DNA from: Candidatus Latescibacterota bacterium
Lineage (GTDB): Bacteria; Latescibacterota; UBA2968; UBA8231
DNA: 64,000 nt
Assembly (NCBI GenBank): GCA_965221775.1
Contig: CBDCSU010000006.1
Span: 992,001-1,056,000, forward strand
Direction of reading: 5' to 3'
Part shown: positions 18,003 through 27,840 of the stretch, piece after piece
Layout of the letters: every line of letters begins with the position of its first letter
Position numbering within the stretch: position 1 is the first letter of the stretch
Notes under the pieces: model-generated
Database searches by the model: none
Told to the model about the DNA's origin: nothing
The model's input: only the letters and a program-made list of their open reading frames with translations
Program-made: the position numbers and the translations under genes

Positions 18003-19316
18003 TCATGACTCCATTACCAGCCGGAACCCGGGGATGGCGAACTGGAAGGTCAGGGGCCAGAAGTTGCGGTAGCTGATGCGGATGTGGTCCTTGGGCGTCG
18101 CCCAGCTCCCCCCCTTGAGGACCATCTTGTTGCTCATGAACTTGCCGTTGTACTCGGCGATGGCGCCGGGGTAGGGCCGGAATCCGGGGTAGGGCAAATA
18201 GGAGCTGTTGGTCCATTCCCAGACGTTGCCCATCATGTGCTTGAGCTCGCCTTCCTGAGGCGTCATCGCCGGCCGGTACAGCTCCCCTCCCAGAAGCACC
18301 GCCTCACTATTTCGCACCTGCGCCATGGCGTCGGTGCGCCGGGCGGCGTGCTCCCATTCCGCCTCGGTGGGCAGGCGCACGATCCTGTCCTCGCCGCGGC
18401 TTTTCCAGTTGGCGTAGGCCGCAGCCTCGAAGTAGCTCAGGTGAGAGACCGGCTCGTGGGGATCCGTCTCCTGCCAGCCTTGCAGGGTAAACCGCTGCCA
18501 CCTGCCGTCGATCTGTTTCCAGTAGAGGGGGGCCCGGGGGAAAATCTCCCGGTCCGCCAGCCGGAGCACCGGCCGCATGGAGCCGTCATCCCAGGCCTCG
18601 GCGAACCACCAGGCGAAGTTCTCGTAGCCGCCGTCGGCGATGAACTCCAGATATTCACCGTTGGTCACCGGGCGGTTCATCATGGCGAAGGAATGGATGT
18701 ATTGCCGGTGCACCCCGTACTCGTTGTCGAAGCCGAACCCGCCTTCCACGTTGCCCACCTCTGCTATGGTCTCCTCGAAGGGGACCCACCGGAGGGGGAT
18801 TTCCACCGAGCCCGGGGCGCGGGACTCGCCGCTGATGGGTCTGCCCTCTGCGCGGCCCTCGAACCGGTTGCGCAGAACCTCGGTGTAGAACAGCTCCTGG
18901 TGCTGCTGCTCGTGGTTGATTCCCAACTCCATCAGGCGGTCGAACTCTTCACCGTGGTCGCCGTCGAGGAGCAGGTCCATCACCTCGTCCACGTCGGACC
19001 GGTACTTCAGTATGCTCTGGAGAGGGGCCTCGTGGACGAGTACCGCTCCGCGGCAGGCCTGGCGCACGTGCTTGCCCGCCCCCTTGTAGTAGGAGTTGAA
19101 GTGATACCACAGCTTGCCGTCCCCCCCCAGGGACCCGGCGTACCTGCCGAGGATGACGGCGTCGAAGAACCAGTTGGTGTGGCCAAGGTTCCAGGCCGGC
19201 GGGCTCACCTCCTGCACGGCCTGGTGGTACAGCTCCTCCTCGCTCAGCAGCGCCACCATTTCGAGAGAGTGGTTGCGCACCCTGTGATACCTCTCGCGCA
19301 GAGAATCAACAGACAC
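18003..19316 (-). CDS. egtB: Ergothioneine sulfoxide synthase EgtB-like (DinB + FGE-sulfatase domains)
   Basis: GHTNWFF, FNSYY, HEQQHQEL, GNVWEWT, EYNGKFM, SYRNF; AAAGGAGG RBS before GTG. Confidence 0.85.
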   Translation of the reverse strand: MSVDSLRERYHRVRNHSLEMVALLSEEELYHQAVQEVSPPAWNLGHTNWFFDAVILGRYAGSLGGDGKLWYHFNSYYKGAGKHVRQACRGAVLVHEAPLQSILKYRSDVDEVMDLLLDGDHGEEFDRLMELGINHEQQHQELFYTEVLRNRFEGRAEGRPISGESRAPGSVEIPLRWVPFEETIAEVGNVEGGFGFDNEYGVHRQYIHSFAMMNRPVTNGEYLEFIADGGYENFAWWFAEAWDDGSMRPVLRLADREIFPRAPLYWKQIDGRWQRFTLQGWQETDPHEPVSHLSYFEAAAYANWKSRGEDRIVRLPTEAEWEHAARRTDAMAQVRNSEAVLLGGELYRPAMTPQEGELKHMMGNVWEWTNSSYLPYPGFRPYPGAIAEYNGKFMSNKMVLKGGSWATPKDHIRISYRNFWPLTFQFAIPGFRLVMES

Positions 19317-19453
19317 AATTCCTCCTTTACCCATGGGGATTTGTAAGGCACGCCTTTCGGGACCCGTCGTCAAGGGTTGGAGGTGCCGGTGTCAGGGGAG
19401 CCCGGACAGCCCCTGCAGGGCCGGCCATTCGGCCCGGTGGCATCAGAAACCGC

Positions 19454-19493
19454 TTGACAAGCCCTTCATTTACTCTATTTTGCAGAGTACTCT
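19454..19493 (+). promoter_or_regulatory. sigma70 promoter overlapped by palindromic operator
   Basis: TTGACA at 19454, TATTTT at 19476; TACTCT-N7-AGAGTA plus extra TACTCT half-site. Confidence 0.7.
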
Positions 19494-19547
19494 GTATCGA
19501 TCACCCCAGCAAGCACTCGAGTGCTGCCGCACTAGGAGAATCTCCCC

Positions 19548-20132
19548 ATGGAACCCGAGGTGACCCGGAAGCTGGAGGAAGACGTCTCCTTCGTCCGCCA
19601 GGCGGTGGAGCAGCGGGACAAGGCCGAGTACAAGTCGCTGGCGATCATCGTCATGTGGGCCGTGATCGTCGCCGTAGGATACGCCCTGAACGACTTCGCC
19701 ATGGACTACGTGCCGTTCTACTGGATGACCGCCCCCGTGGCCGGCTTCCTGGTCAGCCTCGCCCTCGGCAGCCGGTCCGACAGGAAGCGGGGACTGAGCC
19801 GGCCGGGCCTGAGCGCCCGCCACGGTCTGCACTGGGGCACCATCTTCCTCGGCGGCATGGCGGTGATCTCCATCGCCGTGGCTCACCGGTTCGACGGCTG
19901 GGTCATCGGCCAGCTCTTCGCCCTCCTCACCGGCGTGGTGTTCTTCCTGGGCGGTCTCCACCTCGACCGGCGCACCCTCTGGCCGGGGGTCCTGCTCATC
20001 TGCGGGGCCGCCGCCGTCGACCACATTCAGCCATACCCGTGGACCATCGTCGGCCTGGCCACCGCCGCGACCCTGGTGGCCAGCGCCCTGTGGATGAAGC
20101 CGAAGGATGAAGAAGCCGTCGCAGCCGGCTGA
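19548..20132 (+). CDS. Hypothetical 6-TM membrane protein
   Basis: AGGAG RBS; six hydrophobic segments. Confidence 0.8.
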   Translation: MEPEVTRKLEEDVSFVRQAVEQRDKAEYKSLAIIVMWAVIVAVGYALNDFAMDYVPFYWMTAPVAGFLVSLALGSRSDRKRGLSRPGLSARHGLHWGTIFLGGMAVISIAVAHRFDGWVIGQLFALLTGVVFFLGGLHLDRRTLWPGVLLICGAAAVDHIQPYPWTIVGLATAATLVASALWMKPKDEEAVAAG

Positions 20133-20451
20133 GGTCACCTCCGAGGGGCTGGTCCGGCTGGACAAGCTGCTGGAGCACCGCAGCCGTTTGGGCGCCTGCG
20201 TGCTGCTGGCCGACGTGGAGGCCATGACCTTCACCAGCCTGAAGGGTCACCTGAAGGAGACGGACGGCAACATGGGGGCGCATCTGCGCAAGCTGGAGGA
20301 CGCCGGCTACCTGGACGTGTCCAAGCGCTTCGAGAACCGCAAGCCGGTCACCTGGTACCGCCTCACCCGCAAGGGGGCGGAGGCCCTGCGGAGCCACCTG
20401 GAGGCGCTGCAGACGGTGATCCGCGGCGCGAGGCTTGGCCCTCTGGGGTGA
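20107..20451 (+). CDS. Winged-helix transcriptional regulator (HTH_34/MarR-like)
   Basis: ETDGNMGAHLRKLEDAGYL...KPVTWYRLT.KG. Confidence 0.9.
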   Translation: MKKPSQPAEVTSEGLVRLDKLLEHRSRLGACVLLADVEAMTFTSLKGHLKETDGNMGAHLRKLEDAGYLDVSKRFENRKPVTWYRLTRKGAEALRSHLEALQTVIRGARLGPLG

Positions 20452-22676
20452 CCAGCTGCGTGTCCTGGCTGTTCGCCCTCCTCGGCGGGGCCTGCTTCGC
20501 CGCCGCTGTCGACGCGCAGGACCCGGCCGTCGTGCAGGGTCAGGTCGTCGACGGAGCGGGAGAGCCCGTCGCCTTCGCCAACGTCCAGATCGCCGGGACC
20601 ACGGACGGGGCCGCCACCGGGCGCGACGGGCGCTTCCGGTTCGCCACCCGGCACCTGGAGAAGCGCGAGATCGTGGCCTCCTTCATCGGCTTTGAGCCGG
20701 CGCGGCAGACCCTGCGGCTGGCGCCGGGCGACACCGCCGCCGTCCGCCTGGTGCTGCGCCGGGTCCTGATCGAGCTCGGCGAGACCGCGGTCACGGCCAG
20801 CACCTGGTCCACCGGCGAGAGGGAGGACGTCACCCTCTCCCCCCTGGACGTGGTCACCACCGCGGGCGCCGCCGCCGACATCTTCCGGGCCGTCAAGACC
20901 TTCCCCGGCGCCGCCATGGTCGACGACGGCGCCGGCCTCTTCGTGCGCGGCGGCGACGTGAGCGAGACCCTGATCCTGCTCGACCAGGCGACCGTCGTTC
21001 ACCCCTACCGCCACGAGTCGCCCACCGGCGGCGTCTTCGGCACCATCCCGCCCTTCATGGTCAAGGGGACCGTGTTCTCCACGGGCGGCTTCCCGGCCCG
21101 CTACGGCAACACCCTCTCGGCGGTGCTGGCCATGGAGAGCCAGGACCTGCCCGAACAGTCCCGCTCCAACCTCAACTTCGGCCTCGCCGCCCTCTCCCTC
21201 GGTGTCGACTCACCCGTCGTCCCCGACGCCCTCGGCCTGCGCCTCTCGGGCAACCTCAGCCTCACCGACCTCCTCTTCCGGGTCAACGGCCACGGCGGCG
21301 CCTTCGAGACCTACCCGCGCTCCCACGACGGCAACCTCAACCTCGTCTACCGGTACTCCCCGGCGGGGCGTCTCAAGCTCTTCAGCTTCATCACCGGCGA
21401 CCGCCTCGGGGTGCGGGTCGACGAACCCTCCTTCGACGGCTTCTACCGCAACCGCACCGCCAGCCGGCTCCACAACCTGCAGTGGAGGGACATCCTCGGC
21501 GGCTGGCTGATCCGGACCAGCGCCTCCCTCAACAGCTACTCGGCGCGCCGGCGGCTGGGCAGCCTCGACCTGGAGCCCGCCGACCTGACCACGAAGCTCC
21601 GCGCCGACCTGGAGGGCGGCCTCGGCGACCGCGCCTGGCTGCGCTTCGGCGGCGAGACGGAGCGGATGGACAACCGCTTCCGCGGCACCCTCCCGCGGCG
21701 GGGGGACATCTTCGATCCGGAGGCGGAGGTCTTCGAGTTGGACCACACCTATGGCGCCCGGCGCACCGGCGCCTACGTCGAGGTCGATCTGAAGCCGGCC
21801 CACGCCGTCGCCGTCAATGCCGGGGTCCGCGCCGATCACCACGACCTGGCCCGCCGCCTCGCCGTCGACCCGCGGCTGTCGGCGCGCTGGTCCTTCACCC
21901 GAAGCACGGACCTGCGCCTGGCCTGGGGGGTCTATCACCAGTTCCCCTCGCCGATGGAGTACGACCCGGTGAGCGGCAACCCGGATCTGGGGCCCCAGCG
22001 GGCGCAGCACTGGATCGCGGGCCTGACCCACGAGCGCCGGGAGCTGATGATGCGGGTGGAGGCCTACCACAAGCCCTACCGCGGCCTGGTGCTCCACGAC
22101 CCCCGTCTCAACTACACCAACGGCGGCCGCGGCCCCGCCTCCGGGCTGGACCTGTTCGTCAAGCGCGGCGGCTTCCTGCGGACCCGCGTCAGCGGCTGGG
22201 CGGCGTACAGCCTGATGCGCTCGCGGCGGCTGCAGCCGCGCCACCTCGGCCGGGGGGTGACCTACGAGGAAGCCCCTTCGCCCTTCGACATCACCCACAA
22301 CCTCACGGTGGTGGGGAAGGCGCTGCTGACGGCAGGACTCAGCGGCGGCCTGACCCTCAGGCACGCCTCCGGCCGTCCGGTCACCCCCGTGACGGGCGCG
22401 GTCCCGGCGGAGGCGGGGGGCTACTACCTGCCGGTGCAGGGCCCCGTCGGCTCGGAGCGGCTGCCCGCCTTCCAGCGGCTGGACGCGAGCCTGAGCTACC
22501 TGCGGCCCTTCGGGGAGGGGCACCAGGCCGTGCTCTACCTGGCCGTGAGCAACCTCCTCGACCGGGAGAACGTCCTCGACTACGACTACAGCCTCGACTA
22601 CGCCGAGCGCCGGCCGCGCACCACGCGCTTCCGTCGGTCCGTCTACTTCGGCGCCATGCTCACCTTCAACCGCTGA
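20448..22676 (+). CDS. TonB-dependent receptor with N-terminal carboxypeptidase-regulatory-like domain
   Basis: GQVVD...SFIGF, plug LFVRGG, TGGFPARYG, DPRLS, VSNLLDREN barrel motifs. Confidence 0.9.
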   Translation: MTSCVSWLFALLGGACFAAAVDAQDPAVVQGQVVDGAGEPVAFANVQIAGTTDGAATGRDGRFRFATRHLEKREIVASFIGFEPARQTLRLAPGDTAAVRLVLRRVLIELGETAVTASTWSTGEREDVTLSPLDVVTTAGAAADIFRAVKTFPGAAMVDDGAGLFVRGGDVSETLILLDQATVVHPYRHESPTGGVFGTIPPFMVKGTVFSTGGFPARYGNTLSAVLAMESQDLPEQSRSNLNFGLAALSLGVDSPVVPDALGLRLSGNLSLTDLLFRVNGHGGAFETYPRSHDGNLNLVYRYSPAGRLKLFSFITGDRLGVRVDEPSFDGFYRNRTASRLHNLQWRDILGGWLIRTSASLNSYSARRRLGSLDLEPADLTTKLRADLEGGLGDRAWLRFGGETERMDNRFRGTLPRRGDIFDPEAEVFELDHTYGARRTGAYVEVDLKPAHAVAVNAGVRADHHDLARRLAVDPRLSARWSFTRSTDLRLAWGVYHQFPSPMEYDPVSGNPDLGPQRAQHWIAGLTHERRELMMRVEAYHKPYRGLVLHDPRLNYTNGGRGPASGLDLFVKRGGFLRTRVSGWAAYSLMRSRRLQPRHLGRGVTYEEAPSPFDITHNLTVVGKALLTAGLSGGLTLRHASGRPVTPVTGAVPAEAGGYYLPVQGPVGSERLPAFQRLDASLSYLRPFGEGHQAVLYLAVSNLLDRENVLDYDYSLDYAERRPRTTRFRRSVYFGAMLTFNR

Positions 22677-22695
22677 GCCATCCTGGAGGAACGAC

Positions 22696-23466
22696 ATGAG
22701 ACACCTGCTGCTGCTCGCCCTCGGCCTCTTCCTGCCCTCCGCCTCTCTTTCCGGGCCCGCCGACAGCCTGATCGCCACGGGCCGGGCGGACTTGAAGGCG
22801 GGAGTGAATCACGGGGATCTCGAGCGCATGATGGCGGCCCGGGCCGCCTTCGAGCGAGCCGCCGACACGGAGCGGGCCGCCTGGGCCCGCTACTACGCGG
22901 CCCTGGCCGACTTCCGCATCGCCAACCACCTCCTCACCCGGGAAGAGGGATCGAAGGACCGGGCCTCGGCGCACCTGGAGAGCGCCGTGGAGAGCCTGAA
23001 GGAGGTCGTCCGCCTCGACGCGGAGTCCGCCGAGGCCTGGGCGCTGCTGAACAGCGTCTATGGGCGGCAGATCTCCCTGAGCCCGATGAAGGGGATGCTG
23101 CTGGGACGCCGGTCGAAGCGGGCCCTCCAGATGGCCGGGCGCCTGGCGCCGGACAACCCCCGGGTGGTGCTGGCCGCGGCCGTGTCCGACTTCAGCACCC
23201 CCGGCATGTGGGGCGGCGACAAGGAGAGGGCCATGGAGGGGTTCCGGAGGGCCGCGGAGCTCTTCGCCGTGGAAGAGCCGGCCGATCCGCTGCAGCCGGT
23301 GTGGGGGCACGACGAGGTCTACGCCTGGATCGGCCTGGCCCACCTCGACCGGGACGAGCGCGAGCAGGCGAGGGCCGCCTTCGAGAAGGCCCTGGAGATC
23401 GAGCCCGACTTCGGCTGGGTCCGCTACGCCCTGCTGCCGGGACTCGACGAGGCCGCCGCCGAGTGA
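22696..23466 (+). CDS. Secreted tetratricopeptide-repeat protein
   Basis: Signal peptide; AWALL...APDNPRV, FEKALEIEPDF. Confidence 0.85.
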   Translation: MRHLLLLALGLFLPSASLSGPADSLIATGRADLKAGVNHGDLERMMAARAAFERAADTERAAWARYYAALADFRIANHLLTREEGSKDRASAHLESAVESLKEVVRLDAESAEAWALLNSVYGRQISLSPMKGMLLGRRSKRALQMAGRLAPDNPRVVLAAAVSDFSTPGMWGGDKERAMEGFRRAAELFAVEEPADPLQPVWGHDEVYAWIGLAHLDRDEREQARAAFEKALEIEPDFGWVRYALLPGLDEAAAE

Positions 23467-23476
23467 GCCCGGGCGC

Positions 23477-24532
23477 CTAGGCGGCCTCGCGCACCTCGGG
23501 AGACCAGTCCCGCCAGATGCCGCCGTCGGTGGGGTCCACCACCAGCGGGTCGGGCACCGACTCGGGCGTCTTGAGGAACCCGTAGATCGTCGCCTGGCGG
23601 ATCACGTCCGTGGAGGTGTTGAGGCCCGCCATGTGCAGGATCTTGGTGTGCCACAGGACCACGGTGCCCGCCGGGCCGTGGCAGTCCACCGGCTCGGTGT
23701 CGTCCTTGATCCGCGTGATGACGGGGTCGCTGTAGCCGCCGGCGCGGCGCACGGCCAGGTGCTTGTCGGTGTGCTTCTCGCCGGCGCGGAACGCCTCCCA
23801 CTGCTCCGGCCAGATCCTGGAGTGGCTCCCCGGCCAGACGGTGAAGCCGCCGCAGCCGGGGGGCAGGTCGTCGATGTAGGCCGACACCTGCAGCCGGATG
23901 CGCCCGTAGCAGGCGCCGTCCGAATGGGCCCCCGGATACCCGGACGCCGGGGGCGGACTCCCGGGCAGGGTGCAGTAGAGTCCGCGCGTGCCCTGGCCGT
24001 TGATCCACAGGGGGCCGGTGGCCGGCAGCCGCAGGGCCGGCTCGGTGCGGAAGGTGCCCTGCGGCGGATAGCCCATGGCGTGGCCCACGTGGGAGACCAG
24101 CCCGCCCACGGCATCGTCGCACATGAAGGCGGGGCCGGTGGCGGCGCCCGAGGCGTCCAGCCCCGCCGGCCGCACGACCGTGCCCTGTCCCAGGAGCTGT
24201 TCCGCCACCTCCCACAACGCCCGGGGCGCCAGGTCGAGGAGCAGCTCCTCGCCGCCGTTGCGCACGTAGAACCGCTGGCCCCTGCCGCTGAAGTAGGCGT
24301 CTCCGCCGCCCTCGGGCCGGGCCGCCGCCAGGCGGTCGCTCTCCTCCTCGGTGATGGGGCCCCAGGTGGCCGGATCGTCCCGCTTCATGCGCGGCAGGTG
24401 CTCGCCGGCGATCTCCCACATCTGGTCCCGCGCCCGGCGGCAGAGCTCCGGGTCGAGCACCGCCGGCAGCACGAGGTATCCGTCCCGCTTGAAGCGGGAG
24501 ATCTGGTCCGTGGTCAGCAGATCGACAGCCAT
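23477..24532 (-). CDS. Phytanoyl-CoA dioxygenase (PhyH) family protein
   Basis: FKRDGYLVL, HSD, GGFTVWPGSH, AGTVVLWH..ILH. Confidence 0.88.
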   Translation of the reverse strand: MAVDLLTTDQISRFKRDGYLVLPAVLDPELCRRARDQMWEIAGEHLPRMKRDDPATWGPITEEESDRLAAARPEGGGDAYFSGRGQRFYVRNGGEELLLDLAPRALWEVAEQLLGQGTVVRPAGLDASGAATGPAFMCDDAVGGLVSHVGHAMGYPPQGTFRTEPALRLPATGPLWINGQGTRGLYCTLPGSPPPASGYPGAHSDGACYGRIRLQVSAYIDDLPPGCGGFTVWPGSHSRIWPEQWEAFRAGEKHTDKHLAVRRAGGYSDPVITRIKDDTEPVDCHGPAGTVVLWHTKILHMAGLNTSTDVIRQATIYGFLKTPESVPDPLVVDPTDGGIWRDWSPEVREAA

Positions 24533-26469
24533 CAGCGTCCCTCCTGTTGCAGGTGAGGCTGGAAGCCCAGGCCCCCGCGCACCAGGGACTCCCAGCAGTG
24601 CACGGGCGACCGGGCGAGGACGGCCGGCAGCTCCGCCCGCAGATCGGCGATGGCCGGGACCTCCCCCTCGTCCGGCGGACCCAGGTGCGCCAGCCGGCCC
24701 AGGGCGTCCATGGCGAAGCCCACGGAGATGACGTTCTCGTCGTCGCGGACCACCCCCTTCAGCGCCTCGATCGCCGGCTCCAGGGCGTCGCCCGCGGCGG
24801 CGGCCCCGTGGGAGCAGAGGATGACCATCGACCACAGGGCGTTCTCGCGCACGGCGGAGCGCACCGGCGCGAACCGCTCCAGGCCGAAGTCGACGCCGCC
24901 GCCCTCGCAGATGTCGCTGTCGTCGGTGGGCCGCACGAACTTGATGCTGCGGCCCTGGGCCCGGTCCATGGCCAGCCGGTTCTCCTCACGGTCCAGGCTC
25001 CGCAGGAGGGCGCGGAAGCAGTCGGGGATGCGCTCGCGGCCGACCCCCGTGGCCGCGGCCCGGCGGCCGAGGCAGCCCAGGGCGCCGGCGGCGACGGAGC
25101 GGACGTACACGGAGGGGTCCTCGTGGAGGCGGGCGGTGACCGCCTCCAGGACCTCGGCCGTCAGGGGGGCGGCGTCGCCGAGGCCGTGGACGCCGGCCTT
25201 GCGGACCCACTTCACGGGGGAGGCCGCAGCCTCGAGGAAGGCGGAGGTGGCTTCCTCTCCGACGGTGATCAGGCCGTAGGCGGCGGCCCGGCGCACGCTC
25301 TCGCGGTGGTCGTGGAGGGCCTGGCCCAGGATCCGCACGGCCAGGTCCGTATCGCCGATGGAGGCGATCTGGTAGGCGGCGCCGACGCGGACCGGCTCGG
25401 CGGGCTCGTGACGGGCGCGAAGCCGCGTTGACAGTCGCTCAGCCTCCTGATCCCGCGCCGCCGGCGAGCGGGCGGCGGCTTCGGGCCGCGGTGGCGGCGG
25501 CCGGCCGGTGCGGATCCAGTGATCGTGGTAGCGCCAGACCGCGGTGACGTCGTCGTCCGCCTCCGACAGATCGATCCCCGTCATAGGGTCGGTGGAGGGA
25601 TTCCGCCAGTCGACCTCGGCGAACCCGTCCTCCCCGGCGGCCGGCGCGTCGGTGGTCCGGTAGAGCCAGAAGCGCCACATGAAGCGGGGCCGGTCCTGCC
25701 AGGTCCGCCAGTCGTCGCGGCGGTGGTTGCCCCGGTGGAAGGTGTTGTGCGAGTAGAGGACGACGCTGCCCGCCGCCAGCGGCGCCGCCTCGAAGGACCG
25801 CACCAGCGGCCACCCGGTGTTCGTCACCGCCTCCCGCATGCGCCGGTCGTGGGCGGTGCGGCCCTGGCGGATCTCCTCGGGATCGTACTCGGAGTCGGGG
25901 CCGCTCGCCGCCTTCCCCTCCATGCCGCCGAGCTGGTAGGCGAAGTCGAGGTGATCGGCGCCGGCGAAGTTGTCGTGGTTCTCCTCGTGGTCGAAGGTCC
26001 AGTAGTGGGAGTAGGGCACCGTGGCCGTGGGCCCCATCTCCGGCGCCACCGCCTGCGGGTAGTAGAGCATCTCCATCTGCACCGCCTGGTGGTGGCGCAG
26101 CTTGCGGCCGTTGTAGGGCCCGTTGTCGTCCTTGTGCCAGTGCTGGTCCCGCCCGCCGCTGGCGAAGGTGGCGTTGTGGGTGAAGGGCACGACCGCCCAG
26201 CTCTCGCCCAGGAGCCGGTCCAGGGCCCCCACCAGGCCCGGGGCGTTGAGCACCTCAAGGATCTCGGGCAGGCTTCCGGGGGTGACGGGCTTCCCCTCGC
26301 GGACGGCCTCTTTCTCCCGCTCGTAGATGCGCCCGTGGATCTCGGGGGAGATCCCGAGGCTCTCGGGGGACAGCAGCACGATCCCCCGGCTCGCGAAGTC
26401 CCGCACCAGCCGCTCCGGCGGGGTGCCGGGCAGGGGCGGGGGGGAGGGTTGGTCGGCTTCAGCGGTCAA
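24532..26469 (-). CDS. PhyH-like dioxygenase domain fused to HEAT repeats
   Basis: QHWHKD, GPTATVPYSH, AGSVVLYSH.TFHRG; C-terminal VRRAAAYGL/VRSVAAGALG repeats. Confidence 0.82.
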   Translation of the reverse strand: MTAEADQPSPPPLPGTPPERLVRDFASRGIVLLSPESLGISPEIHGRIYEREKEAVREGKPVTPGSLPEILEVLNAPGLVGALDRLLGESWAVVPFTHNATFASGGRDQHWHKDDNGPYNGRKLRHHQAVQMEMLYYPQAVAPEMGPTATVPYSHYWTFDHEENHDNFAGADHLDFAYQLGGMEGKAASGPDSEYDPEEIRQGRTAHDRRMREAVTNTGWPLVRSFEAAPLAAGSVVLYSHNTFHRGNHRRDDWRTWQDRPRFMWRFWLYRTTDAPAAGEDGFAEVDWRNPSTDPMTGIDLSEADDDVTAVWRYHDHWIRTGRPPPPRPEAAARSPAARDQEAERLSTRLRARHEPAEPVRVGAAYQIASIGDTDLAVRILGQALHDHRESVRRAAAYGLITVGEEATSAFLEAAASPVKWVRKAGVHGLGDAAPLTAEVLEAVTARLHEDPSVYVRSVAAGALGCLGRRAAATGVGRERIPDCFRALLRSLDREENRLAMDRAQGRSIKFVRPTDDSDICEGGGVDFGLERFAPVRSAVRENALWSMVILCSHGAAAAGDALEPAIEALKGVVRDDENVISVGFAMDALGRLAHLGPPDEGEVPAIADLRAELPAVLARSPVHCWESLVRGGLGFQPHLQQEGR

Positions 26470-26501
26470 TCCGATTCCCCTGAGAAGGGCCGGTCACGAC
26501 A

Positions 26502-26538
26502 AAGGGGTTGCGAGAGAAGGTGTGTCCCGCAACCCCTT
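26502..26538 (-). terminator. Hairpin downstream of tRNA-Arg
   Basis: AAGGGGTTGCG...CGCAACCCCTT inverted repeat. Confidence 0.5.
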
Positions 26539-26550
26539 ACTTGTCGAAAG

Positions 26551-26627
26551 TGGTGCACCCAGGAGGACTCGAACCCCCAACCTTCTGATCCGTAGTCAGA
26601 TGCTCTATCCAATTGAGCTATAGGTGC
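26551..26627 (-). tRNA. tRNA-Arg(ACG)
   Basis: Cloverleaf GCACCTA...TGGGTGCA-CCA; anticodon loop CTACGGA. Confidence 0.96.
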
Positions 26628-26667
26628 ACGGACCGGAGATCAGAAGGTACGGCGGACCCCTACATCG

Positions 26668-27840
26668 TCAAGACAGGGCCTCGAGGTACTTGTAGCCCGA
26701 CCCGGTGTTGAAGAGGACGACCCGCTCGCCGCCGCCGAGCCAGCCGCGATCCTTCAGCGCCAGCAGGGCGGCGAGGGTGGCGCCGCCCTCGGGGGCCGGG
26801 AAGATCCCCGTGTGCCGCGCCAGGTCCCGGCTCCGGGCGATCAGCTCCTCGTCGGTGACGGCCACCGCCGTGCCGCCGCTCTCGCGCAGGGCCCGCAGCA
26901 TGAGGAAGTCGGCCACGGCGCCGGGCACGCGCAGGCCCGAGGCGATGGTGCGGGCGTCGGCCCAGGGCTCGGCGGACTCGTGGCCGGCCTCGAAGGCGCG
27001 CACGATGGGGGCGCAGCCGGCGGCCTGCACCGAGACCATGCGCGGCCTGCGGCCGGGCTCGATCCAGCCGAGCTGCTCCAGCTCCTCGAAGGCCTTCCAC
27101 ATGCCGATGAGGCCGGTGCCGCCGCCGGTGGGGTAGACGACGACGTCGGGCAGGCTCCAGCCGAACTGCTCGGCCAGCTCGTAGCCCATCGTCTTCTTGC
27201 CCTCCGCCCGGTAGGGCTCCTTGAGGGTGGACATGTCGAACCAGCCCTCTGCCTCGCGGCGCTCGCCGACGATGCGCCCGCAGTCGGTGATCAGGCCGTC
27301 CACCAGCTCCAGCCGGCCGCCGCAGGCGGTCACCTCGACCTGGAAGGCGGCGGGCGTGTCCCTCGGCATGAAGACGTGGCACTCCAGGCCGGCGGCGGCG
27401 GCGTACGCGGCCAGGGCGCCGCCGGCGTTCCCCGCCGTGGGGATGGCGGCCTTCACCGCCCCCCGGGCGGCGGCGGCGGTGACCGCCGCGGAAAGGCCCC
27501 GAGCCTTGAAGGAGCCCGTGGGGTTGACGGACTCGTCCTTGACCCACAGGCGATCGAAACCGCACCAGTCGCCGAGGCGCCGGGCCCGGCGCAAGGGCGT
27601 CCAGCCCTCGTCTAGGGTGACGGCCGCGTCCCCGGCGCGCAGGGGCATGACCTCGCGGTAGCGCCACATGGACGGCGTCCGGCCGGCCAGCTCGTCGCGG
27701 CTGACGGCGCCGCGGGCGGCGGCCAGGTCGTAGCGCGCGAAGAGGGGGGCGCCGGCGTCGGAGAGGTTGTGCAGGCCGTCGACGTCGCAGCGAGCGCCGG
27801 TGCGGGTGCACTCCAGGTGGGTGAAGAAGGACCCGCTCAC
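26668..27840 (-). CDS. thrC: Threonine synthase
   Basis: KDESVNPTGSFKARG PLP-lysine motif, TAGNAG, PTGGGTG, NTGSGYK. Confidence 0.9.
   Translation of the reverse strand: MSGSFFTHLECTRTGARCDVDGLHNLSDAGAPLFARYDLAAARGAVSRDELAGRTPSMWRYREVMPLRAGDAAVTLDEGWTPLRRARRLGDWCGFDRLWVKDESVNPTGSFKARGLSAAVTAAAARGAVKAAIPTAGNAGGALAAYAAAAGLECHVFMPRDTPAAFQVEVTACGGRLELVDGLITDCGRIVGERREAEGWFDMSTLKEPYRAEGKKTMGYELAEQFGWSLPDVVVYPTGGGTGLIGMWKAFEELEQLGWIEPGRRPRMVSVQAAGCAPIVRAFEAGHESAEPWADARTIASGLRVPGAVADFLMLRALRESGGTAVAVTDEELIARSRDLARHTGIFPAPEGGATLAALLALKDRGWLGGGERVVLFNTGSGYKYLEALS

Noticed and set aside
18003-19316. Selenoneine synthase SenA or ovothiol synthase OvoA
   Set aside because: No senB/senC neighbours and no C-terminal methyltransferase domain.
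19320-19450. Riboswitch upstream of egtB
   Set aside because: No SAM or other aptamer core was recognised; the region is explained by divergent promoters.
26500-26627. tRNA-Arg (and tRNA-Val at 44355) as integration sites for the adjacent accessory genes
   Set aside because: No duplicated tRNA 3' end and no integrase were found in the window.
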